A program made the translations under genes and the position numbers. The notes under the pieces were generated by a model. The model was not told where the DNA came from. It saw only the letters and a program-made list of their open reading frames with translations, and did not search any database. From an uncultured bacterium (lineage in GTDB: Bacteria; Verrucomicrobiota; Verrucomicrobiia; Limisphaerales; UBA8199): 64,000 nucleotides of DNA. Positions 30,677 to 40,357 of this stretch are shown here, piece after piece. The stretch covers positions 96,001-160,000 of the forward strand of contig CAVVMW010000001.1 in NCBI GenBank assembly GCA_963749495.1, written 5' to 3'. Positions within the stretch are counted from its first letter, which is position 1; every line of letters starts with the position of its first letter.

Positions 30677-32450
30677 ATGATGCTCACCAACGGCTCGAAA
30701 CGGCCACTGTCGGGGATTTGGTTCTTACTGCTTCTTCTGCCCGGCGTTCGCCGCCCCGGCGCAGCTCCCGGTGTTGAAACGGTCGGACGTTGTCTTCATG
30801 TACGAGGCCGGGCGGGAGATCTACGAGGCCTACGGCGCCACGGTCCTCGCGTGGGGTGGAAGGCCCAGCGCCAAATCGCTCGACCAGGCCCGCGGCATGA
30901 AGTTCTTCGGCAGCGTCGGCATGGTCACCGAGTTCAGCGGCTATTATGAGCGATTCCCGCAGACCTATGAACAGGGCCTGTGCCGCGACCTCGAGGGACG
31001 GCCCTTCAAAGTCCCTTGGCTGACCGATCTGCAGCACAAGGGTGTCCCCTACTGGTGGTGCTGCACTCGCCAGCCCCTCTTCCGCCAGTTCATCTCCGAG
31101 CGCGTTATCGAAACGGTCAAAGCCGGCGCCGACGGCGTACACATCGACGACCACCACGGCACCGCGGGCGCCATCTGGAGCGGCGGCTGTTTCTGCGACC
31201 GTTGCGTCGAGGAATTCCGCGACTATCTCAAGGCCCTGCCCGCCGAACAACTCGCCCGGCAAGGCCTCCGGGACCCCGCCGCTGTCAATTACCGGACCCT
31301 CCTCCGGGAGTGGCTGGCGCAGCAGCCCGGCCGCAAGGTTCAAGCGCACCCGCTCTGGCCCCAATGGCGGACTTACCAGCTTCGAGGCGCCGCACGGTTC
31401 ATGGCAGAGCTTCGCGCCCTCGCCGCGCAGACCGCCGGCCACCCTGTCCCGATGGGCGCCAATGCCTGCCTGCTTTGGGGGCCTCACCTCAACGATTTCC
31501 ATTCGCTCGATCTGTTCAGCGCCGAGATCGACCACCACGCCTCGGACCAGCGCTTGAGCGACGCTCCGCTCGTGGCATACCGCCTGGCGGATGCCGTGGG
31601 GCGCCCGCTGGCCTCGACAGCCGGCGGCGGGGATTGGGCCTCCATCAAGGAGCACAATCTGCCGGGGTTGGTCCAGGGGTGGGTCGCCCTGGGCTACGCC
31701 GCCGGCCACTGCCTCATGGTCCCGAACCGGCAATGGTGCTACACGCCCCAGAAGGGCACGCACTATTACGAAGGGCCCAAGGAGAAATTTGCCCCGCTCT
31801 ACCAATTCGTCCGGCAACACCGCGGCCTGTTCGATGACTACCTCAACCACGCCGATCTCACCGTGCTCTTTTCCCTTCGCACCTTCGATCACGACGCCCC
31901 CCGGATCATCGGCATGTGCGGCAGGCTCGCCGCCGCCAACCTCTCCTATTGTTTGGCCTTGAGCGGAGACGAGGTCGTGGACTGCCCGCTCAAGGTAGAG
32001 GACCTGCGCCGCAGCCCGCGCCTGCTGGTCATCGAGCCCCAGGACCTGTCGGCAGCGGACCTCGAGTTGCTGGCCGGCCAAACCAATGCCCAACGCTGCG
32101 CCAGCCTCGAGCAGGCCCTGGCCAGCGTCACGCCCGCCGTGCGCGTCCAGGGACCGGCCGCGCTCCGCGTGTTGCCGCGCGTCAAACCAGGCTCGGCGGC
32201 CGTTCATCTCGTGAACTGGGGCTATGAGGCGGCCAGCGATGGGGTGCAACCGCTCAAGAACGTCCGGCTGGAACTCCAGCTCGAGGCGCTCGGCGTCGCC
32301 GGGGCGACCGAGGCGACCTTGTTTTCGCCGGGCGCTCCGCCCGTCAGCCTGCCCATCCAGGACCGAGTTGTGACCGTGCCTGAGCTCGGGCTGTGGGGTG
32401 TGGTTGAGATTCACGGTCCTCGCGCGCAACCACCGCGTAGCGGTGCCTGA
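30677..32450 (+). CDS. Secreted putative glycoside-hydrolase-like (TIM-barrel) protein; probable frameshift near 30740
   Basis: GADGVHIDD, GCFCDRCVEEFRDYL. The signal peptide MMLTNG...WFLLLLLP joins AFAAPAQLPVLKRSD if one base is removed. TTGACC-N16-CATAAT lies just upstream. Confidence 0.65.
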
Positions 32451-32626
32451 TGGTAGCCGTGGACTTCCAGTCCACGGACCCATGGCCCAAATTCGCCCGC
32501 GTCGCGTAGCAACGCCTGAAAACCGCAACGCTGTCAGGCGTCGCTATGCGACGCGCCACCATTTCGCACGTCCCAAACCGTGGACCGAGGTCCACGGCTA
32601 CCTTCACTGCGTCGCTACGCGACGCA
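32431..32626. repeat. CCGTGGACTTCCAGTCCACGG palindromic repeat family (also about 55113-55400)
   Basis: CACCGCGTAGCGGTG..GGTAGCCGTGGAC..GCGTCGCGTAGCAACGC..GTCCACGGCTACC is shared by both sites. Confidence 0.8.
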
Positions 32627-32680
32627 GGGCTCCTCCCACCGAGGCTTGAACTTCGGGTGTTTTAAGGCAAGCTGCGGCGG

Positions 32681-34525
32681 GTGAACGAACTCCGGCTCAG
32701 CCCGTTACTGCGCAACCGTTGCCTGCCGGCGATGGTCGCGGGACTGTTGCTGGCCGCCGCCTTTCCGAACCTGGGTATTGCCGGACTGGCGTGGGTGGCC
32801 CCGGGTTTGATGCTGGCGGCCGCCGCGGGCAAACACGGCGGCCAGGCCTTCCGCATCGGCTACGTGGCCGGCCTGACTCATTACCTGATCTTGCTCTATT
32901 GGCTGCTTCTCATCCCGTATCGCTGGCACGGAATTCCCTTCGGCCCGGCGGCGGGCTGGCTCGGCTTGAGCGGCTTTGCGGCCCTGTTTCCCGCCACTTG
33001 GGTTTGGATTCTGTCCACAGTCCACAGGCCGCAGTCCACAGGCCGCAGTCCACAGTCCACAGTCCACAGTCCACAGTCCAGAGTCCACAGTCCACAGTCC
33101 AGAGTCCACAGTCCAGAGTCCAGAGTCCACAGTCCACAGTCCACGGAGCACGATCGGAAGTCTGAGATGGGCGCTTGCCGTTCGGCATTCCGCACTCCGC
33201 ATTCCGCATTCCGCACTCGATTTGGCCTTCAGCCTTTAGCCTTTAGCGGCACGTGGCGCGCGCGGACGGGTCTGGCGCTTTGGGGGGCGGCGCTCTGGGT
33301 GGCCCTTGAGATGCTGAGGGCGCGGTTGTTTGGCGGCTTTCCGTGGGACCTGCTGGGCGTCTCGCAATACCGGCTGCTCCCGTTGATCCAATTGGCGTCG
33401 GTGACGGGCGTGTACGGGGTGTCTTTCGTGGTGGTCTGGTGCTCGCTTTCGCTCCTGTGGGCCGGCGTCACGGTGATCCAGCGGCCGGTGCCCCGGTCGC
33501 TGTGGCTGGCCGAAATCTTCCTGCCGATCCTCGTCATCGCCCTGGCCTTCAACGCCGGCATGCGCCACATCCGGCACAGCCCGCCGCCGGCCAGGGCCAT
33601 CAGGCTCACGCTGCTCCAGCCGGGCATCCCGCAGACCGTGATCTGGGACCAGGAGCAAAACAGAAAACAGTTCCAGGAGACGCTCCGGCTGGCCGAAGCG
33701 GCGCTGACCAACCGCCCCGACGTGCTCGTCTGGCCCGAATCCGCCATACCGGAGTTGCTCCGGTATGACGAAGCGACCGCCCTGGCCGTGTTCGGCATGG
33801 CGCGCCGGCACCACGTCTGGATGATCGTCGACGCGGACGATTTCCAGCGGCGTCCCAACGCGGCCAAACCCGAGGAGGGCGACTTCTACAACGGCAGCTT
33901 TCTCATCGACCGCGAGGGCCGGCTCAAGGGGACGTATTGGAAACGGAGTCTGGTTATCTTTGGCGAGTACATTCCCCTGGTCCGGTGGCTTCCGTTCCTC
34001 AAATGGTTCACCCCAATCCAAGGAGGCTTTACCTCAGGCACCCGCCCCGCGCAGTTCCAACTCACGGACCTCAACACGACCGCCTCGGTGCTGATCTGCT
34101 TCGAGGACGTCTTCCCCCAACTGGCCCACGGCGATGTCCGGCCCGGCACCGATTTCCTCGTCAACCTCACCAACGACGGGTGGTTCGGACAAAGCGCCGA
34201 GCAATGGCAACACGCGGCGAGCGCCGTGCTTCGCGCCGTGGAAACCGGCCGGCCGCTGGTCCGGTGCACCAATAACGGCATCACCTGCTGGATCGATGCC
34301 CTGGGACGCATCCGCCAGGTCTTCCGCGACTCGAGCGGGAGCGTTTATGGCAAGGGCCTCCTGACCTTGGAACTCCCGCTGCCCGACCCGGGGGCACGAC
34401 CTTTGCCCACATTCTACGACCTGCACGGCGACTGGTTCGGCTGGAGTTGCGTCACCCTCGCGGCGCTCGTCCTCGGGGGCAAGCTCCTCGCTGCCAGAAG
34501 GCGCCCCGCCCGTCCGCCAGAATAG
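32681..34525 (+). CDS. lnt: Apolipoprotein N-acyltransferase with in-frame repeat insertion
   Basis: GGFPW, VWPES, WKRSLVIFGEYIP, LICFED, NLTNDGWF, VRCTNNGIT (nitrilase E-K-C triad). Confidence 0.95.
   Translation: MNELRLSPLLRNRCLPAMVAGLLLAAAFPNLGIAGLAWVAPGLMLAAAAGKHGGQAFRIGYVAGLTHYLILLYWLLLIPYRWHGIPFGPAAGWLGLSGFAALFPATWVWILSTVHRPQSTGRSPQSTVHSPQSRVHSPQSRVHSPESRVHSPQSTEHDRKSEMGACRSAFRTPHSAFRTRFGLQPLAFSGTWRARTGLALWGAALWVALEMLRARLFGGFPWDLLGVSQYRLLPLIQLASVTGVYGVSFVVVWCSLSLLWAGVTVIQRPVPRSLWLAEIFLPILVIALAFNAGMRHIRHSPPPARAIRLTLLQPGIPQTVIWDQEQNRKQFQETLRLAEAALTNRPDVLVWPESAIPELLRYDEATALAVFGMARRHHVWMIVDADDFQRRPNAAKPEEGDFYNGSFLIDREGRLKGTYWKRSLVIFGEYIPLVRWLPFLKWFTPIQGGFTSGTRPAQFQLTDLNTTASVLICFEDVFPQLAHGDVRPGTDFLVNLTNDGWFGQSAEQWQHAASAVLRAVETGRPLVRCTNNGITCWIDALGRIRQVFRDSSGSVYGKGLLTLELPLPDPGARPLPTFYDLHGDWFGWSCVTLAALVLGGKLLAARRRPARPPE
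33013..33219 (+). repeat. Heptamer tandem arrays inside lnt: about 19x GTCCAcA (33013-33145) and 5x GCAtTCC (33185-33219)
   Basis: Units counted by eye from the sequence. Confidence 0.92.
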
Positions 34526-34653
34526 CCGGCCGGCGCGAGCCGGGGGCGCATCTCAACATTTGACATTTGGCAGTACATTTGGCGACGGGCAGCGGGCGCC
34601 GCCTGTGGAAAATGGAGACTCGATCACGGAAGAACGTCTGTGGATGACGCAAA

Positions 34654-34773
34654 TCAGGTGGCCGGGATGTCGGCAAGGTACTTGAGCGGGATTTTCCCAA
34701 GCCCCTCAAAATCGTTTTGGTCAGTAGTCCAGAGTTCACAGACTACCGCGGAGGAGTCCCAATACACGGTCAT
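34654..34773 (-). pseudogene. PIN (VapC-like) toxin with a large in-frame internal deletion
   Basis: MTVYWDSSAVV joined to CELWTTDQNDFEGL; 39 aa; ATGA-coupled to the antitoxin. Confidence 0.65.
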
Positions 34774-35030
34774 CGTTGAGATTCCCTGTCCGCCCTGATG
34801 GCCTTGGTAATGCTCTCACTCGTGATTGTGCCCTCCTTAGGCGCCAGGGTGTCTGGGTCAACGTCTTCGATATCCAGAACCTCGACGGATTCTCGCGCGA
34901 GTTTCTTCCCGCGTATCACGCCATCCTGGAAAGCCCAGTCCACTTGGTCGCCCGGTTCCAGCCCAGCCGCCTCGCACACATCCGCGGGAAGCGTCGTCTG
35001 CCTCTTTTCCCGAACCATCGTTGCACTCAT
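34770..35030 (-). CDS. AbrB/MazE-type antitoxin
   Basis: MSATMVREKRQTTLPADVCEAAGLEPGDQVDW. Confidence 0.8.
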   Translation of the reverse strand: MSATMVREKRQTTLPADVCEAAGLEPGDQVDWAFQDGVIRGKKLARESVEVLDIEDVDPDTLAPKEGTITSESITKAIRADRESQR

Positions 35031-35064
35031 GGCACAATCTTCCCACTCCTCAGTGTCATCTTCA

Positions 35065-35127
35065 AGCCCCGTTTCACCCTTGATTTCATTGGAATTGTGG
35101 CGGGTTCGAGCCCCGCCGCTCCCGCCA
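35065..35127 (+). mobile_element. att-like site containing a tRNA 3' end (T-arm, acceptor strand, CCA)
   Basis: GCGGG-TTCGAGC-CCCGC-CGCTCCC-G-CCA (35100-35127); a 59-bp copy at 38716-38774 and a 21-bp core at 37817-37837; no tRNA 5' half upstream. Confidence 0.75.
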
Positions 35128-35296
35128 TTCATTTTCCCCGATTTCCCTAGGAAATTAGGGGTTTTGCCGTTTACGTTTCCGAGTTGGAGGCCAATTCTGG
35201 CAATTTTCTGCCAGCCAGGCAGAGAACCTTCGGGCCACGAAAATTCCTCAGTTCTTCCTTGCCATAAAGACGAAGAAACGTGGCAACCAGTTCCCG

Positions 35297-35660
35297 ATGC
35301 GCGTTCCGCACGGGGGCGTGACCGTTCTGGTGAACCGTATCCGCAAGAAGTCGGGATATGTTTATTACCAGATCCGCTACTACGCGGACGGGGTGAGAAC
35401 GGCGAAGTCCTATTCGGACCTCGCCGAGGCAGAAAAACAGGCCAAGGAGATCGCCGTAAAGCTGCACCAGGGAGAAGGCCGGAAGATCGAGCTGCGCGGC
35501 GGAGAATGCACGGCATATCTTCAGGCCAAGGCAGTTCTCGCCCCCATTCCGGCCTCCCTGGAACTTGCGGCCCGAGAATATCGTCTCGCCCATGACCTCC
35601 TCGCTGGCCGGGCCAGTTTGATCGAGGCGGTCCGATATTTTGCTGAGGCCATGCGCGAAG
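35297..35660 (+). pseudogene. N-terminal fragment of a tyrosine integrase (no catalytic domain)
   Basis: YQIRYYADGVRTAKSYSDLAEAEKQAKEIA...SLIEAVRYF, next to the att site; no R-H-R-Y domain follows. Confidence 0.6.
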
Positions 35661-35957
35661 TCAACGTGGTGGTCGAGGCCGAGCGGATCAGCGCGTGTTT
35701 CCTTTTCCTAAACGGCCAGCCGGGGACGCTCGTCTTTTGCCGGGGCCAGGAGCAATGGCTCCCCGAAGCTGGCGGCTGAGCTGCCGCACCCGCGTCAGTG
35801 GGCGGCAAGCCCCTGCTGCGCGGCGCAGGCGGGGCCGAAATTCTCGTCATCGTCGAAAAACTCCTCGCAGCGCTCGCGGGTCATCCTGAAGCAGGCGTCG
35901 CCGAACGGGTGGAACTTCGCCGCCCGGACCAGCAACCTGCCGCGCCTCTTGTCATAG

Positions 35958-36149
35958 CTGGCCGAGAAGCGCGGCAACGTGCTGGCACTCAAGAAGAAGG
36001 GCTTGGGGGTGCGGGCCATAGCGCGGGAGCTGAAGATGCCGGTATCATCGGTCGGGAAGGTGCTCAGAATCGCTTCGGATGCTTACGGCGAATCAGGGCA
36101 CCCGGGGTTAAGAGCTGAACGCGAGGCCAATAATGGGGCAGAAGAATAA
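35958..36149 (+). pseudogene. C-terminal HTH fragment of a serine resolvase/invertase
   Basis: VLALKKKGLGVRAIARELKMPVSSVGKVL; no start codon or catalytic domain. Confidence 0.5.
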
Positions 36150-36187
36150 AAAGCCCCCGCATCCCAACAGGAAAGCGAAGGCTTTTT
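36148..36187. terminator. Possible bidirectional intrinsic terminator
   Basis: AAAAAGCC...GGCTTTTTT between convergent genes; the stem is imperfect. Confidence 0.35.
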
Positions 36188-36273
36188 GTTAAATTGTGCC
36201 TTTATTAGGCAACGCAAGCATATTGCGTGAATTACAACTTGTCAACATAAAATTTTAACGAAACCACTATTTG

Positions 36274-37599
36274 CTACGTTTCAGCGATGATGGAGGCGAC
36301 CAGTGGTTCTCGCTTCTCTAAGTTGCTGCTAAACAGCACCTTAGACAAGACGATGGATTGCGCCTTCGTCACGGGTCGGACGCTTTTGAGTCGGCCAATC
36401 GCCCCACGCGTGTAGGCTTGCAATAGTCGATCCTCAGTCAGGATATTGGTGTAATTGCTCTTGAAGCTTTTCGGCTGCGAGTCGGGAAGTTCGAAACCTC
36501 TACCCCAAAAAGCGAGTTTCAGGAAGGTTCGGACCTCGCCACTGGTGCAGCCCTTATCAGGATTACTCAGTATCTGCCTCTGCAACTCGTAAGGGGACGC
36601 GGGTGTCCCTGAAGCTCGTAGAGTCTGGTCAACCCGCAAAACAAGGCCAATGATCGAGGTTAACACTCCAGGGTTAACGAGGGCTTGAGTTTGCACCAGG
36701 ATGGCCCTTGCCTCCGTTTCAAGGTTGTCGGGTTGCTGCCAGTTTTCCACCCTTATGGGAATCCCGGACTGGGTTCGAAGTGGGCGAGTGACAACGTCCT
36801 GGGTGGATGAAAGATGGGCATTAAAGCGGTTTCGACAGGCAGGGCAGACAACAATCTTCGTTTCTCCTCGCTGAGGAATCATATCGAAAGTATTCACCGC
36901 AGAGCACGAGGGGCATTTCGCTGTGAACGCGTGTGGTAATGAGGTAATGGGGATTGGCATCGAAGAGCGCTCGGCCAATGCTGAGACTTTTCGTTTTGCT
37001 TCATCACTAATTTTAACCAGTTGCTCCTCAAGGTCCCTCGCATCCGTTGGCGTCCCCGCGTTCTGCAACCGCTCTGTGATCTCGAATGTTTCGACTTCAG
37101 CTTCTTTCCGGATTCGGGTGATCTTGTCGAGGAAATCTTCGTATTGATTGTAGGCGTCCCCTATGACACCAGCAATCCCGCCAACGGCGTTATCTGCAAG
37201 CCCCTGGAATCCGCGCAGGGTCAACTGGATATGTTCGAGGGCTGCTTCTATGTCCTGATTGCCGCCCTCCTCTTCGATGAGCACTGCTCGTTTGGTGCTG
37301 ACCCAATCAGAAAGACTGCTAATCTGACTCTTCAACTCCATGACATTGCGAGCAATTTGGACGCCGTGATCCCTGAGCACCTGGTTGAAGCCCGCCTCTG
37401 CGTAAATTTTAGTGGCCAGATAGGAAATGAAACATGAAGCGGCTGTTAAGATGAATGTGAGGAGCGCATTCTCAAGAGGCGTCAGGGTAGCGTTCTTGGC
37501 CATCACGATCGTGATGATGACTATCATCGCTATGCAAAGGACCGCCAGCGCCCACTGGGGCCACTTGTCTGGGCTCATTTTATCCGAGGTTTTGTTCAT
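36274..37599 (-). CDS. Hypothetical protein: 2 TM helices, coiled coil, CxxC...CxxC zinc ribbon, helical C-terminus
   Basis: Long ORF, visibly lower GC than its flanks; CPSC...CPAC; start uncertain (37626, 37599 or 37578). Confidence 0.8.
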   Translation of the reverse strand: MNKTSDKMSPDKWPQWALAVLCIAMIVIITIVMAKNATLTPLENALLTFILTAASCFISYLATKIYAEAGFNQVLRDHGVQIARNVMELKSQISSLSDWVSTKRAVLIEEEGGNQDIEAALEHIQLTLRGFQGLADNAVGGIAGVIGDAYNQYEDFLDKITRIRKEAEVETFEITERLQNAGTPTDARDLEEQLVKISDEAKRKVSALAERSSMPIPITSLPHAFTAKCPSCSAVNTFDMIPQRGETKIVVCPACRNRFNAHLSSTQDVVTRPLRTQSGIPIRVENWQQPDNLETEARAILVQTQALVNPGVLTSIIGLVLRVDQTLRASGTPASPYELQRQILSNPDKGCTSGEVRTFLKLAFWGRGFELPDSQPKSFKSNYTNILTEDRLLQAYTRGAIGRLKSVRPVTKAQSIVLSKVLFSSNLEKREPLVASIIAET

Positions 37600-37887
37600 A
37601 ACTGAGTTTATCCCGTTAAACAGCATGAATCAGAAGCAGTGCAGAAAGTCAAGAAAAAAGCGCTGGTGAAATGGGAGCACGTCTGCCAAATTCTGCCAGC
37701 TGTAACCCCTTGCAAACGCTCAGAATCTTTTCTCGCCAAAAAAGGGGATCAGCTCTAAGGTCCGATTTATGAGCATTTGCCGGGGGTTAGCGGGTCGAGT
37801 GGTCGGTGCCGAAGTAGGTTCGAGCCCCGCCGCTCCCTCCGCTTCAGGCTTGACCGTCGGCTGGCCTGTGCGACTCTGGCTTGAGCT

Positions 37888-38076
37888 ATGACGGTGCCGC
37901 ACCGAAGGAACTACGAATATCCCGAGAAGACGCGGGGCAGCGAGGCTGCGCGCCGGATTCGGGCCAAAGCGAACAGGCTCACGTCCGCAGAACGGGCCGA
38001 GCTTCACCGCCGGGCCATGCAACTGATCTATGGCGGCACCGGGAACAAGGAAAGGGCTCGCGAAGAAGAGACTTGA
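37888..38076 (+). CDS. Putative antitoxin, duplicate of 38825-39010; partner toxin deleted
   Basis: 37817-38062 is nearly identical to 38754-38999. Confidence 0.6.
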   Translation: MTVPHRRNYEYPEKTRGSEAARRIRAKANRLTSAERAELHRRAMQLIYGGTGNKERAREEET

Positions 38077-38107
38077 ATCGGGCCGTCTTTGGTGGGAATT
38101 TCCCCGC

Positions 38108-38365
38108 ATGAAGACATTGACCGTGGACGACCGGCAGCGGATTCGGCTCCCGGAGGCGAAGGCAGGGCAGGTTTTCGCGTACGAACCGAATTCGGACGGG
38201 ACGATAAGACTTGTTCCGGTAGTTGCGAAGCCCGGGCCAAGGCGGGTTGTCGCCAAGCTGGTCAAACGGCGGGGCGGGCTGTTCTTCCAGGTTCCAACCG
38301 GATACACGCTCGATCCCGAGGCCATCGGCAAGGCGGTGGCCGAGGAGCGGGAAAGCCGCTCGTGA
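38108..38365 (+). CDS. AbrB-like antitoxin
   Basis: MKTLTVDDRQRIRLP...DGTIRLVPV; GTGA-coupled to a PIN remnant. Confidence 0.7.
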   Translation: MKTLTVDDRQRIRLPEAKAGQVFAYEPNSDGTIRLVPVVAKPGPRRVVAKLVKRRGGLFFQVPTGYTLDPEAIGKAVAEERESRS

Positions 38366-38511
38366 GGACGTATTGGGACACATCGGCGGCGATCAAGCAC
38401 GTGTATGATTATTGGCACGCGTTGGTCTCGCAAAAGGCGAAGTCCGACGAACTCATCACGCGGAACGCCCGCCACTTCCAAGGACTGGCCGCAAATGTCG
38501 CCTGGCCGTGA
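38362..38511 (+). pseudogene. PIN toxin with in-frame internal deletion
   Basis: MRTYWDTSAAI joined to HVYDYWHALVSQKAKSDELITRNARHF; 49 aa. Confidence 0.7.
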
Positions 38512-38824
38512 GATGGGCCTGCTCAGGCAGGCCGCGCCTGGACCGTCCGCGTCCCGAAGGCGGCAGCCTCCTTTCACAGACCCTCCCTCTGAGTGACCGT
38601 ATTGACAATGGCACTGATGGCATTCTTGAGCGGTTGGCTCAAAGCCGACCAGGAGTTAATGACCCGCCGCAAATCGGCAGGAAGCCCTGGACATTGTGAG
38701 GCTATTTGTGATGGCAGCCCCGTTTCACCCTTGATTTCATTGGCATTGTGGCGGGTTCGAGCCCCGCCGCTCCCTGCGCTTCAGGCTTGACCCTCGGCTG
38801 GCCTTTGCGACACTGGTTTCAGCT

Positions 38825-39010
38825 ATGACGGTGCCGCACCGACGGAACTATGAATATCCCGAGAAGACGCGGGGCAGCGAGGCTGCGCGCCGGATTCGGG
38901 CCAAAGCGAACAGGCTCACGTCCGCAGAACGGGCTGAGCTTCACCGCCGGGCTATGCAACTGATCTATGGCGGCGCCGGGAACAAGGAAACGACTCGCGC
39001 TGGACAGTAA
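38825..39010 (+). CDS. Putative antitoxin
   Basis: 61-aa basic ORF overlapping the start of the PIN gene. Confidence 0.6.
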   Translation: MTVPHRRNYEYPEKTRGSEAARRIRAKANRLTSAERAELHRRAMQLIYGGAGNKETTRAGQ

Positions 39011-39467
39011 CGTCCTGATTGACCTCGCCGCCGAGGAGGATTACGCCCACACCTTCCGGGAGGAATTTCAACAACACGGCTACAGCCTTTGGCTGCCGCC
39101 GACTGTGGCCCATGAACTCCTTTACGCATCGAAGACCAAGTCCGACCCGGACGCGGCACTTGCGCGCTCGGCTCTTGCCCAATTGCTGGATTGGCAAATC
39201 TTCCCCGTCGGCCTCTCTTCGTTGGACGTGGGAATTGCGGAGGCTTTTTCGAGGAACCTCATCTGCTCAGAGCTTTTGCCCCCCGACGAGTTCAATGATG
39301 GCTTGATCGTGGCGGAGACGAGCCTGGCTGCCATCCCCGTTCTGGTCAGTTCCGACCGCCACCTCCTCGACATCCCGGAGGACATGCTCCTTGTCCGCCT
39401 GAACGACGCTGACCTCCCGGCCGTACCCATCGCCCACCCCAAAGGGCTCATCAAGGCCATCCGTTGA
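38967..39467 (+). CDS. PIN-domain (VapC-like) toxin, intact
   Basis: LALDSNVLID, PPTVAHEL, NDGLIVAE, LVSSDRHL. Confidence 0.88.
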   Translation: MAAPGTRKRLALDSNVLIDLAAEEDYAHTFREEFQQHGYSLWLPPTVAHELLYASKTKSDPDAALARSALAQLLDWQIFPVGLSSLDVGIAEAFSRNLICSELLPPDEFNDGLIVAETSLAAIPVLVSSDRHLLDIPEDMLLVRLNDADLPAVPIAHPKGLIKAIR

Positions 39468-39559
39468 GCGGTGGTCCTCTGGACCGAAGAACGAACGCCG
39501 GCAAGAGCCCGTGCCCGCGCGTTTCTTCAAGAGGTTCATCCCTCGAAGTTGACCCTCCT

Positions 39560-40168
39560 TCAAGGAGCTTCCTCGGAGATGGCGCCGGCGCAGCCGCCAT
39601 CAGACGGCCGGCGACGCCCAGTGAAGTCGTCGAGGAACGGCCCGTTGAACTCCCAGGCCCAGAGTTCCTGGATCGTGGTCTTGGAGTCGGCCAAGGTGCC
39701 GCGCGCGATGCGCATTTTATTCCATCGCTCAATGCGGCACATCTCGGCATAGAAATCGCGCTTAAGAGAATCGGCGATGGGAATGATGGCAACGAAGTGA
39801 CTCCAGCCCAATTGTCGTGACAGCGTCACGACAATCTTCGCATCCGGGAACGCCTCTGCGAATTGGATCATGCGCCGCAGATTCTTTTCCGCGAACCCTC
39901 GTCCGAACTCCTGCTCCAATCGCCGGCCCAGCGCGGCGACGATCCGCTCTCCATAACCCGCGCGCTTCTCTTGCAGAATGTCCTGCCGAATGCGCCGGCC
40001 GATGTGCCAGTAAAGCGCCACCAAGCCGGACTCCACAGCACGAGCTACCCCGGCGCGCGCCTGCCGGATCATCTCCCGCACATCCACCAGCAGCGACCCG
40101 GCGGCGGGCCGCTTCGCCGCTTTCGCGGTGGATCCTCGTGCCACTGCCTCGGAAGACTTCGTCCTCAT
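39560..40168 (-). pseudogene. DUF1016/YhcG N-terminal domain, truncated near 39720 and fused to unrelated sequence
   Basis: LYWHIGRRI...YGERIV...FGRGFAEKNLRRMIQFAEAF...LGWSHF...RDFYAEMCRIERW; the PDDEXK C-terminal domain is absent. Confidence 0.8.
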
Positions 40169-40357
40169 GGTCGGGGAGTCTGGGGTGGGCACGGACGAGG
40201 GGTGTGCCCCGATAGGGACACCTTGCCGGTTGAAAACTGCGCACTCGTGCCGCCCATGACGAAAAATCAGGCAATGATGACGCACTGGGGGCGAAATTGC
40301 ACGCCCATTTTGAGGACGCGAGCTTTAGACAGTGCGCGACTGAGTGCAGTGATCAGC

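Noticed and set aside
35040..35127. Complete tRNA gene
   Set aside because: Only the T-arm, acceptor 3' strand and CCA are present; there is no D-arm, anticodon arm or matching 5' strand.
37798..37830. Second, inverted tRNA end (GGTGCCGAAG...) abutting the att core
   Set aside because: The match is too short and imperfect to support.
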